Positions 27,601-38,441 of a DNA stretch of 64,000 bases are shown here, piece by piece. The translations under genes were made by a program, and so were the position numbers. The stretch spans positions 1,302,001-1,366,000 of the forward strand of contig CM035359.1 in assembly GCA_020137815.1 (NCBI GenBank), written 5' to 3'. Origin of the DNA: Hormiphora californensis. Lineage: Eukaryota > Animalia > Ctenophora. The stretch's first letter is position 1. Each line of letters begins with the position of its first letter. A model generated the notes under the pieces. That model ran no database searches. It worked only from the letters and a program-made list of their open reading frames with translations, and was not told where the DNA came from.

Positions 27601-27835
27601 AATCTTTTCAGAGAGCTATTAACACGAAAATTCGTTTTCTTTGGTTTTCGTGTTAATGCATTATATAAGTAGTTACCTGGCAGAGAGCGATGAGAAGTTC
27701 GCAGATGCTGGCATGAGTAACTCCATCAAATCCACACAGTTCATCAGTAGGTCCGGTCCATGATGAACAATCAGGACAGGTTGCAGCCACTGAGCTGAGT
27801 AGAACCAGCAGTAGAAATAGTGGCCCTTTTACCAT
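14322..27835 (-). CDS. Multi-exon secreted protein: signal peptide, 2 Kazal-like, multiple ephrin-receptor-like (GCC2/GCC3) Cys repeats, beta/gamma-crystallin-like, 2 kringle domains; large exon frameshifted in this assembly
   Basis: Exons: ~27677-27835 ([25 protein letters not shown]), ~26334-26443, ~24975-26028 (C..CP.GTYQ repeats), ~24726-24817, ~24513-24634, ~22173-22280 ([16 protein letters not shown]), ~21920-22021, 21435-21634 ([24 protein letters not shown]), 18214-18349 ([31 protein letters not shown]), 15675-15776, 14322-14472 ([23 protein letters not shown]). Confidence 0.82.
14527..15515. mobile_element. Non-autonomous Kolobok-like DNA transposon
   Basis: TTAA|GGCCAGAGGGGG ... 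CCCCCTCTGGCC|TTAA; many gaggttaac subterminal motifs; internal inverted repeat ~14865-15162. Confidence 0.72.
16013..18235 (-). repeat. 31-bp minisatellite (~42 copies) made of kringle exon 3' end plus donor; interrupted by an insertion at 16205-17100
   Basis: Minus-strand unit GGACCCGAACTGTTGGAAACAG|gtaccatta is identical to the real exon end at 18214-18235; variant unit ends gtagtttta. Confidence 0.97.
16205..17100. mobile_element. TIR element (hAT-like termini) inserted in the minisatellite
   Basis: TIR CAGG(G)TG(T/G)GCGGACTCTAGTGCTA; repeated ggactct(t/a)tatctaaa motifs in both orientations; 21-bp x4 repeat at 16425-16510; TTAGGG-like tract at ~16821-16868; TSD ambiguous (tttc or cctgtttc). 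Confidence 0.75.
18607..18683. repeat. (CT)n microsatellite; further CT/GA tracts at ~33750-33965, 34090-34140, 52890-53205, 55220-55450, 55555-55660, 59515-59560, 62850-62910
   Basis: Direct reading. Confidence 0.97.
18927..19513 (+). CDS. Nested antisense gene or gene fragment: signal peptide plus one ~140-aa lineage-specific extracellular domain
   Basis: Exon 1 18927-18967 [14 protein letters not shown]|gtatg; exon 2 ~19085-19513 [68 protein letters not shown]|gtaatt; compatible splice phases; 3' exons not identified. Confidence 0.7.
19649..20098. mobile_element. Non-autonomous Kolobok-like MITE
   Basis: TTAA|AGGTTGACAAGATACC ... GGTATCTTGTCAACCT|TTAA with ~120-bp TIRs. Confidence 0.82.
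21200..21450 (-). repeat. ~62-bp tandem repeat (x3) spanning exon end plus donor, grading into 27-bp repeats
   Basis: Minus strand GATAA(T/C)GATGCTAATG|gtgagtgaa occurs three times. Confidence 0.9.
21778..21878. mobile_element. ~105-bp hAT-type MITE (CAGGAACCGACCGAA family)
   Basis: TIR caggaaccgacc / ggtcggttcctg; near 8-bp TSD gatgata(g/a). Confidence 0.85.
22448..24483. mobile_element. Non-autonomous hAT element with (TTCGG)n subterminal arrays, carrying a nested Helitron
   Basis: TIR CAGGAA(G/A)CGACCGAA; perfect 8-bp TSD CAAATTAC (22440-22447, 24484-24491); internal inverted and direct duplications at 23340-24340. Confidence 0.88.
22666..23333 (-). mobile_element. Non-autonomous Helitron (family 1, copy 1)
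   Basis: Minus strand a|TCATACTATTATTAAAGC ... hairpin ttcgcccgtagggcgaa ... CTAG|t; no TSD. Confidence 0.85.
27280..27350. mobile_element. Tiny Tc1/pogo-like MITE family (TACAG..CCCCGATTTACCG)
   Basis: Related copies at ~35340-35428, ~48335-48386, ~54195-54232, ~61485-61568 and ~8626-8765. Confidence 0.55.
27360..27568. repeat. Intronic copy of the exon-1 3' end plus donor, flanked by two copies of a ~55-bp palindrome
   Basis: 27436-27496 matches 27671-27732; agtcccgtgacccgcattagttaccatggtaactaatgcaggtcacgggact occurs on both sides. Confidence 0.88.
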
Positions 27836-29365
27836 TCGTGTAGTATCTATAAGTATCTAGCTATAACAACAGAGCTAGGAACAGGAAAAAGATTCGTAAT
27901 TTAGGACAGTAAAACTAAGACAGTGAATAATTTTGGGGGAGCACAACAAAGAATGAATTTGAGACGTTGGTTTCAGTACTTCGTGTCCCATGGTTTTTAT
28001 ACAAAGATAAGAGAGAGAGATGAGGTGTTTTGAGGAGATAAGAGACGAGGTTGTAACAAAATTACAATTTGCCACGTGACTTTCATAACCCATGCCTGAT
28101 GTGAATATTACTCTTCTTCTAATTAGATTAAATTAAAAACATTTGACCGAAGAGCTATAGATGCAGTTATAATAACTGCAGTGGCTCAAGATTGAACATG
28201 ACCTAAACTTGGCAAATTAGTGATCATTGCCGGTCATTGCCAATATAAATTGTTCACATCTTATTTCGTTAAATGAGAAATAACATGTTTGCCAATGGAC
28301 TTTAATAACATATCTTTCCTCCCCACTGCACCGGCAATGTTTTTTAATAAAATATTATTATTGGATAAAGCTGAGTCAGTTTATCCGTAGTTTAGTATAG
28401 TAGAATGATAGACTCCCGATGTTTTTGGTACTATAAGGCAGCTATGGATTTGGTACAGACTATAAAAAATTGGTCAGCTCTATCGTCCATACTGTAAATT
28501 TTTGAAATATATTGTTGTGTGCCTATTGAGTCCAATGTATCCCTTCTTCTTCTTCTTCTGGAAGTGACGGGTTTGGAATCCTATTTAATGAACTATTGCG
28601 ACTTTCGTCAATGTGATATATATATAGTGTGAGTGCTCGAGTGACCCCACATGGGTGGAACCCAAGTGACATGTGGGTTGTATAAAGATCCCTGTGCTAA
28701 TATATTATAATGTATTGATCTGATCCCGGGTTCGTTTCCGTGTTGCCTGTCTGCATTGTCCTTGCGATGTGTATTTGTATTGTGTTGCAAATAGAGATGT
28801 ATCTGATCTGATTTTGCTAGTTTCCGCTTCACTGCACCGAAAAGTGAAAGGAAGAGAGAATGAGAGAGAGAGAGAGAATCAGAGAGCAAGAGAAAGGTGA
28901 TATAGAGATGCGGAGAGAGATGAGAGGAGAAGAAGGAGGGCACTTCTTACAATTCACTTTTACTGGCAATTGGTGTTGTATTTAATGAAGTTTAGTTAAG
29001 AGAAAACAGAGAAGATCAGATAGGCATGCATTAATGAGCCTGGGAGCTGATGTAAATCTTCCTCTCTGTCTTAGCTAGAATATATATTGTCTTAAAGTTA
29101 GAACATATTGAAGAGCAATATATTGTCTTAAAGTTAGAACATATTGAAGAGCAACCGATATTATGCTCTCCGACACTTGACGCTCTCCATTTCTCCTTGC
29201 ATAGCATGGATGTAGATGGTATACCCTATCTTGGATAATTCTCCACACTTGGCTACATGCATCTGTGTGTTATAGACTAAAGTATACCCTACATAGCAGA
29301 ATGCAGATAGCTATCTGATATGTAGAGATATCTTGGATAATTCATCGTTATACACTTTCTATCTA

Positions 29366-29977
29366 CTAGTAAACCCGTTCGCCCTACGGGCGAATTTCGG
29401 GGAAATGGTAGCTGGGTTAGGGAGCACTGACATCACCAGTCAAACTGTTGACATGCACCATCCCATGTACCGTAAAAGGAGCTCAGGCGGGATCGCTGCG
29501 AGTTTCAGAACGTCAGATGATGATGATCGGGCGATCAAAGTGATAAAAGATTAAAAGAACTTACTATTTTGCAGACTCCTCGCGTTTCGTCTGTTTGCAG
29601 TATTCATCTGAGATTGATCATCGGTTCTGTCTAACCTCCAACGTATTTTTTGTTGTCTCTGCACTTCTATTGGTGTTGCTGTATTTAAATCCCTCAGTGT
29701 ATGGAAAAGTAGAGAAATGTAGTGAGATCTCCAATTGTCGCTTTCGTATATCAACGGTTGTTGAAGAGAGCATAATAGCTGGAACAGTGACACAATACAA
29801 AGCAAGAACAGCTGCACGTGCAGCTGCAGTACGTAGTAACAATCCTTGGTAACGACTCACACCCCTGGCCCCACTCCAGCTATAGTACTCCACCTCTAAA
29901 CCTGCACGTGCAAAATGCCATATTTGGTAAAAATATCATCACCCATCATTTCCCTATTTGCTTTAATAATAGTATGA
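29366..29977 (-). mobile_element. Non-autonomous Helitron (family 1, copy 2)
   Basis: Collinear with 22666-23333; homology stops at the a|TC and CTAG|t termini. Confidence 0.87.
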
Positions 29978-31594
29978 TTTGGTATTGCTTTCTTCTGGTG
30001 TTGCTTTTTGCCTGTATTGTTTACTGGTTGTGATCTGTGGGCTCAGTTTCCTATAACACGCCAAAATGTCTGCTCTCTCTTTTTTCTCACCATTTATGGA
30101 CAACTGCATGGCTATAACTTCCAACAGCACAATTTTCCTCACTACTCTCTATCCATCCCTATCTCTCTCTTTCTCTCTATCTCTCTCCCCCTATCTCTCT
30201 CTTTTTCTCTATCTCTCTCCCCCTATATTTCGCTTTCTCTCTCTCTCTCTCCCTTTTTCCTATGTTCGATTCTGTTTCTCTCACCGATTTCATCCGTTTG
30301 CTGCATGCCTTTATACCCACTGCCTAACCACAAGGCAGGCTTATTATACTCTTTGGTTATGTCTTCCATTCCTGATAGCGAAACAGAAAAACAACCATCG
30401 TCGAGTGGTTTCTTTTTTAAAGCTTCCCTACTCAAGCTTACTGTATTATATACCTCCTTAAATCTAGAGAGAGTCTTTGCTGCTCAGGTGTGTGTGTGTG
30501 TTTTTCAAGTGAGAACAACACCATTACTGCACTCAGTGCTTACCCGACGAAGCACGCAATGCAGCAGCAGTAGCCTTCTAGAAGCTTCGGGGATCTTCTG
30601 ATAGGAAGACCACTAGTCCTAGGTCGGCCGTTGGCTTAATCATCAACTAAGTAAACTCAATCAAAACTTGTTAACTTGTTTCCATACAAAGAAATAGACC
30701 TACTATAAATCATCTCTTGTTGAAAAAGAAATCCTCTCTTGCTGCAGCACCTGTTACAGAGTTCTATTTTATGCCAGATGGCGTTTCCCTTTATTAGTTT
30801 CTCATACCTCCTTGTTTATCTCGCATATATGGTTGTTACATTGAGACTGTTTTTTTTCTCTTGCTCTCTTCAGTCTTCACCATCTAATAGAAGCGCTTAG
30901 ATCATTCCCACACCACTCGATTTTAAGCATTTTCATAGTTGCTTCATTCCGCATTCAATCAAAAATGTCATTTTGTAGATCTCGATTAGTCTTCCAGATG
31001 TGTCTAATAATTCTCTATAATGCGTTAAACTCATCAATGACAACGATGGTATATTGGACATCTATCATTTTTATCTCTCTTTTCCTCCCTTTCTTTTCGC
31101 AATAACAGCTTGAAACCATGCCTTCTCTTTTTGGTCATCTTCGCCAAATACCAAATCACTGTGCTGACAAGCGCCGAACATCAAACACCCAACATCAACT
31201 ATATTTATTTATTTTATCGTTCATATCAAGTCATTGACACTTACCAGCTGTAATTAAGATTCCACGTTTTCTTTCTAATTCATACTCCAATTGACTGTAC
31301 AGTGTAGTGTGTACCCTCCAACTCTGAAATAACGTTTTTTGGGTTATGCGAATAACGTTTTTACATTTGACGCATTCATCGTATTTTAGTGAGTACGGAA
31401 GTGTTTCATTAATTCTGGCACAGCAATGGCATTACTGTTCCATTAGCATTTCAATAAATGTTCAGGGAAAAACGGCTACCAAAAAACGAACCATTTTAGA
31501 TATTCTATGGCCATGGTATTATTGTCAAACATTTTCTATATTTATCCCAACCGTAAATTCTGATTTTCACTATACTAGAGTTTTACATCTTTAT

Positions 31595-33137
31595 TATATT
31601 CTCCGGGTCGGTTGGCGAGCTGTCACGCAAAAACGGTGATAGTTGTGTGAAAACAAACTGCGGGAGTGTGCTGGATTAATTCCTTCCTAACTGATGGCTT
31701 TGTTTTAAAATTAAATTTCAAAAGTTCATTTTTCATGAATGAACATTGCTGCCGTTCATTCATAAATTCTGAAATATTGTTTACCTTGAGTAAGTAACTT
31801 TTCTTTGGCTCACAATTATCTTTCCATTGAGCACCATAAAACTCAAATTGAAGCACCAGGTCACATGACAGTTGAGAAAATGAACATGCATGATTTTGGC
31901 TCTTTTTGCGACTTTCAATCGGCTGTATCACCGCTACCTTACCTTCAATCTTTTTGAAACTTTGGGTGAACATTGGATAAGCAAAGATCTTTGCTCACAA
32001 GAAAAATCAAGGTCAAAACTCAAAGTTCATTTTTAAGTTTTGGTAGTTCATTCCACTCATTCAGGAACCAACAACCCTAAAGTGATGGAAAAGTGTTGGA
32101 TTTTGTTTGGCCAATGTCCTGCAATGACAGAGAGGTGTAGTAACGTGTTTCCGGGCTAGTTAGTGGGTGTCCATGTGATCTTGGTGATACCTGACACCTT
32201 CACTGAGCAATAATCAAGGGATTTTCTCGAATTCAAGCATGTGATTCGGGTTGACTGCGATTGGTATCGTGCAGAAATCTTGAGAGATCACATAGCACCT
32301 AATAAATGATGATAAGTTCAATAAATTGAGTTGATTTATGATCAATAAGATTAAAACCGATGCCACATTGAACTCAACGACCATTGTCGATCATAAATCA
32401 ACTCATTTCATTGAACTAACCATCATTTTCGAGGGGCTATGAGATCTCTTAACATTGCTGCACGATACCAATCGCAGAAAACCCAAATCACATGCTTGAA
32501 TTCGAGAAAATCCCTTGATTATTGCTCAGTGAAGGTGTCAGGTATCACCAAGGTCACATGGACACCCACTAACTAGCCCGGAAACACGTTACTACACCTC
32601 TCTGTCATTGCAGGACATTGGCCAAACAAAATCCAACACTTTTCCATCACTTTAGGGTTGTTGGTTCCTGAATGAGTGGAATGAACTACCAAAACTTAAA
32701 AATGAACTTTGAGTTTTGACCTTGATTTTTCTTGTGAGCAAAGATCTTTGCTTATCCAATGTTCATCCAAAGTTTCAAAAAGATTGAAGGTTAGGTAGCG
32801 GTGATACAGCCGATTGAAAGTCGCAAAAAGAGCCAAAATCATGCATGTTCATTTTCTCAACTGTCATGTGACCTGGTGCTTCAATTTGAGTTTTATGGTG
32901 CTCAATGGAAAGATAATTGTGAGCCAAAGAAAAGTTACTTACTCAAGGTAAACAATATTTCAGAATTTATGAATGAACGGCAGCAATGTTCATTCATGAA
33001 AAATGAACTTTTGAAATTTAATTTTAAAACAAAGCCATCAGTTAGGAAGGAATTAATCCAGCACACTCCCGCAGTTTGTTTTCACACAACTATCACCGTT
33101 TTTGCGTGACAGCTCGCCAACCGACCCGGAGAATATA
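31595..33137. mobile_element. ~1.54-kb foldback/palindromic element, TA-bounded
   Basis: tatattctccgggtcggttggcgag... / ...ctcgccaaccgacccggagaatata; ~660-bp near-identical arms, then a degenerate palindromic core ~32255-32480. Confidence 0.9.
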
Positions 33138-33812
33138 TGGGACACCCTGTACGTGTCACATGAACTACCGATAATATTTACCGATACGACCATTTCCGGT
33201 ATATAGTACAGCTGTGAATCAAAAATATCATCCTGTCTTTTGGCATGAATCTCATTTTGACACTCATATCTGTCATGTCTGTATGAGATTGGTTTCTTCT
33301 AATTCAATTGCTTTCATATCGAAATTTGCCAAGCTAGACTGCAATTCGCAAAGGGTTTGAACAAAACAAATCGAACTGGGTGAGGTCACTGAGGTGAACA
33401 TTCGTAAGCCAGGAATTAATTCGAATTATATTGTGGTATTCTTTCGATATTCTAATTCCAGAGAAATTCTAAACAGATTCAGAGTTATTGAATACAGTGT
33501 GTGCGGTAACTTATATCGCCAGTATCAAAAATAAAATTAGAGACACTTCATAGCACATTAATTTAGTACACTTTTCCTGTAGTTTCAAAATTATCGCTTA
33601 AGTTGGGTATTTTGGAACAACAATTAACACTTTGCAGCCTGTCCCGTGCACTTGTACGCTGATGTTTGCTTGACTATCGTTATATAAAAGAGTTTTGCCG
33701 AGTCAAGTATTTGCATCTTTATTCTTTATATTGTTGTGTAATGTGTATTATCTTTCTCTCCCTCTTTCCATCTCTCTCCCCTCTTTCTATCTCTCCATCT
33801 CTCTCCCCTCTT

Positions 33813-33886
<74 letters not shown>

Positions 33887-34088
33887 CTCTTTCTCTCTAT
33901 CTCTCTCTCTCTATATCTCTCTCTCTCCCCTCCTTCTATCTCTCTCTCCTCTTTCTATCTCTCTCTATGATACCTCTGTTATTGTTAGACTCTCTCATGT
34001 TAAGGTCATCTTTAAAGTTTCTATTGTCTGCTTATAGCATATAATAATTGTCGCATTGCCGAGCTCTGTTATACATCTCACATTTTCA

Positions 34089-34139
<51 letters not shown>

Positions 34140-34780
34140 TTCTCTTACCTCTTTATCATGAGTACTCTCCCGCCCTCTATTCTTCATTCCATTTTTCGCT
34201 TATGATGTTCCAGTTCGGCAATTTCACTTTAATTTACTTCTAATATTTAGAGTTTAGTTGCATTTAAATGAAAACCGAAGAGCTCTAAATATGTGCTAAA
34301 CACTTCTTTAACGTTAAGTATAACAATGATCACAAACTAAACCCATGCCCCTACATACTCAACTTGGTCCACTATAATACTTCTACCAATTCGAAGAAGT
34401 ATTCTGAATAATCATTTATCGTATTATCAGAGCTGAGTCGGTATTATATATGACTTTATAAATTTCTCAGAAGTTTATAAAAAAGATGTTGGATCATCAT
34501 TATTATACGATACTGCTTATTTCAGCATTTTAGATCGATGAGATTTCATTTGAAAGCTTTGTGTATCATCTTTTTATCTGGAACATTGTAGGTATTTCTG
34601 TATTAATTCTTGATTTGATTTGTGCTTTTCCATTTACCAGATCCTGTCAGTGCAACGGTTTGCCTAAACTTATTTGAAAGTGAACGGAACCAACTCTCAA
34701 TAAATTTAGCTGGCCAATTTACCGGTCTAAAGAAAGAGAGATCGTTTATTGACTCAATTTTATTCAGTAAATGTACAGTT

Positions 34781-36476
34781 ATGATTGGATGGACTGTTTT
34801 ACTGTTGGTTTTCGCAACTACGTGTCACACCAATACACTAAATGTCCTTGTAGGGTAAGTATATCATTGTTGAGGGTGGAGGACCCTCTATCACCCCTTA
34901 CGCTCCAGTTACAAAATTGAAACAGGACATCAGTTTCTCTGGACAGCTGGGACACTCCTAGTGAACCATGCTGCACGCGACATTTTCGATCACGTGATCG
35001 ATGTGAATTGCATTGAAAGTAGCGTGTCAGCACTCAGCACTCCAAATAGAAACTGACACCAGTTTTCACTGAAAACTGATACCAGGTTTCAATTTTGTAA
35101 CTGGTCCTTCAGCCAAGTTATTTTATGCCCATATATGGTGTTGACAATAACTCCCTACCTAGACGTGCAGACCAGACGGTGAGATCAACGTGTCAGGCGT
35201 GTCAAAGCGTAACAGGAACTTCAACTAATACATCCACCAATGATGTAATGTCAGATAATGCCGAGGGGGATATGCTTATTGGACGTGAGTATTACACAAC
35301 TTTACCGGCAGGGTAAGCTTCCCCCAATAAAGGAAATTTACGGTATTCGACCCCGATATATACCGGGCACCCCGATTTACCGGGCAAAACCCTTTCCCCC
35401 GAGGGTGCCGTTAAATCGGGGTCCAACAATATCAAATTTCTCCCTCAGTTCTGGTTCCACTAAAGCATAAACGTGGAAAGTACAAGGACCGAATTCGGTA
35501 CAGTAATGTGGCGATTGTCGAGGCGTTCAAGTGGGCCATTGACAACATCAACAAGGATGAGAGGATTCTACCCAACTTTACACTCGGATACGAGATAAAA
35601 GATACGATGAGTGATCCAGCTTTCGCCAGTGTTCAGGTATGAATATCTTCTTCTTCTTTTACGAGGCCAGGTCAGCCAGTAAGGTATGAATATCTTCTTC
35701 TTCTTGTACGAGGCCAGGTCAGCCAGTAAGGGGTGGGTACAATGAAGCTTCCGGTACCAGTAAAAATATATGTTCAGTCGAACCACCTCGATTTACCTGG
35801 CAATCTGCCCGAAATCCCCCGAGCATCTTGATGAATCGAGTTCCGACTTTACATCTAATGGCATATTTGTGATTTTTATAGAAATATACATTTTAAATTT
35901 CAAAATTGACAGTTCTGCTATGTTTCACTCCATGTTTAATTTCACATTTACTAGAATATATAATGCTATCTTCCTAATTAAGGCATTGGACCTGGCAGCT
36001 AAAAACTCGCTGTTTATTGTCGGACCTGGCAGCTCTAAAGTTGCAATTCAAGCTGCAACTTTAATGGGTAAGTTAATCAATTAGATTAATTAGATTAATC
36101 AATTAGATTAATTATATCATTCATTAACTTGGGTATACATGTAAAAAGTCTCTGGATTGAACTAGAGAGTTGTTGATCAGCAACCTACCAACCAGGAACC
36201 GACCGAATCAGGAAATACTGGTCCCTGATTGGCTGATAACCAGTCACGTGACCTAAATAACGAGTTCTGATTGGTTGTTTACTTGTTTCGGTCGGTTCCT
36301 ACTACGTGAGCCATGGTGTGCATAATGCTCCTGTTCCTATAATGCACGATCTGTATTATAACAGTGCTCCTGTATATTTAGGCATCATGGAATGTCGACT
36401 GTAGAAGCATTGAAATAGACTGCTATTATAACTAAAGGCCTTGTATAGAACTATAACTTTATAGTGAACGTTTGCA

Positions 36477-36558
<82 letters not shown>

Positions 36559-38410
36559 TAGAGGGATAATTTGAGGAGAAATGGTTGCGGTTAATGCAGC
36601 TAATGAATGTGTATGCAAAATTAGACCATGTCTAAATAACTTTGCGGATTTGTGGTCACAGAAGACTCTCTTTATCAGAGAAATAAATTGTAAATATATC
36701 GGTCGTGGTGGACAAATATTTGTGGACATGACATTGACACTATTCAGTCTTCAAATATTCCTAAATGTTTATTTAGAGCAAAAACTAATTGAAATTAGTT
36801 CGCCAGAAAGGTGGCCCATTTTGAACTTACTCCTTCATTTCCATCACCTTTGAGTTGAGGCTTCAAAGACATTGAGGTATCCGTAAACTTTTCCGCCTTC
36901 AACTCAAAGGTGACGGAAATGAAGGAGTAAGTTCAAAATGGGCCACCTTTCTGGCGAACTAATTTCAATTAGTTTTTGCTCTAAATTTGTACTCTTTTTT
37001 GGTCGTTTGAGGTCATTTATGACCTAAAACAACTAAGATAATTGTCAACTAAAGTGTTCAAATGTAATTCAAATGTATCCTGGGTTGTAGGAAACTGATT
37101 TGACGAAATTTTCAAAATTCGACGTCGTTTTGACGTTGTGACGTCACACGTGATGTCACGACGACGTAAAAAATTATGACAGACTATTTGGCCAATGAAG
37201 CACTAAACGTGTGGAAAGTTTTAAAGGCCATGGTAGTCAAGAACTGAAGTTATTGCACGAAATGAGAGTTTTTATGTGGATTTTCATATCAAATTTTTGA
37301 GTTCCGACGCGTTTTAAGGTCTAAAAATGACAAGTTAGAGAAATTCGCTATATTGTATCTGAAAGTTCAGACAATTTGCCACTAACGATTTTCCGTCAAA
37401 TCAGGAATCAGAATACGTCTTGAGGGTGTTAGAGGCGTTTGAAAATATTTGGTCTGAGATTGTTCAATGACGTCACTTTGTGACGTCACTACGGTCGTAA
37501 TAGTGAACATTTTGACCCGAAACCTTAACTAATGCATGCCCCGAACGATTTCCTAACGGATAAAATTTGGTTCAAGTCTCTAGCTAGTACGGTTCGGGCT
37601 ACAAGTGTTACACAGTGAAGCGTCTATATCTATATATCTATATATCTACAACGAAGTAAAACAACTACGTATTTGGTACGCTACAATTGTTTCATCGAAA
37701 CCCTTACGGGAAGCGAATCATCAGGCGACAAATTAGAAATGAGAATGAATTGGAATATAACCCTGCTCCTTTATAAAACAAAATAAACAGAACTTGACTT
37801 GTTCTTTCTTCCTAATAGATTTAGCAGCTCCTACTTCCTCTAGTTTCTTCGTGTAGCTGTCTGGTTGATCCCCCTAGTGGCTTGGCCATATATTTCCGTG
37901 GACTGTTGATCCTAAGTGTGGTGCTTTCATGTCATTTGTTTCCAAATACGAGATGTAGAAGGTGAGGAAAGTTCCAGTAGAGTGCTCAACCACCGCACCG
38001 TAGTTTGGGGGAGCTTTGCATTATCGCGGTAGAACTGGGAACTTCAACAAGATTTCCATCGAGTTTAGGATCCATCTGGTTTCCAGCAAAGAGTGCTCTA
38101 GCCGACAGTAAACTGTGGCGAGCTTATCACAACGAAGTAAAACAACTACGTATTTGGTACGCTACAATTGTTTCATCGAAACCCTTACGGGAAGCGAATC
38201 ATCAGGCGACAAATTAGAAATGAGAATGAATTGGAATATAACCCTGCTCCTTTATAAAACAAAATAAACAGAACTTGACTTGTTCTTTCTTCCTAATAGA
38301 TTTAGCAGCTCCTACTTCCTCTAGTTTCTTCGTGTAGCTGTCTGGTTGATCCCCCTAGTGGCTTGGCCATATATTTCCGTGGACTGTTGATCCTAAGTGT
38401 GGTATCTATA

Positions 38411-38441
<31 letters not shown>

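Larger units (their letters stand above)
37648..38403 (-). mobile_element. Penelope-like / retrozyme-like partial tandem repeat (481-nt period, ~1.6 units) inserted in a (TATC)n-type microsatellite
   Basis: 37648-37922 is repeated identically at 38129-38403; tcta/tata repeats on both flanks; each copy has a hammerhead motif; no recognisable RT or GIY-YIG ORF. Confidence 0.8.

Noticed and set aside
30600-31290. Purine-rich minus-strand stretch with a donor-like CTG|gtaagt near 31244
   Set aside because: Multiple stops and no recognisable protein motif; cannot be supported as an exon
31623-33109. Mirror ORFs (116/102 aa) in the foldback; similar mirror ORFs at 10425-11136 and 12021-12655
   Set aside because: No transposase or other motifs; the duplication is explained by the inverted repeats
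33666-34037. SLSLSL, ERERER and THTH ORFs (also 18493, 30008, 36451, 52955, 55185, 59317)
   Set aside because: Translations of dinucleotide microsatellites
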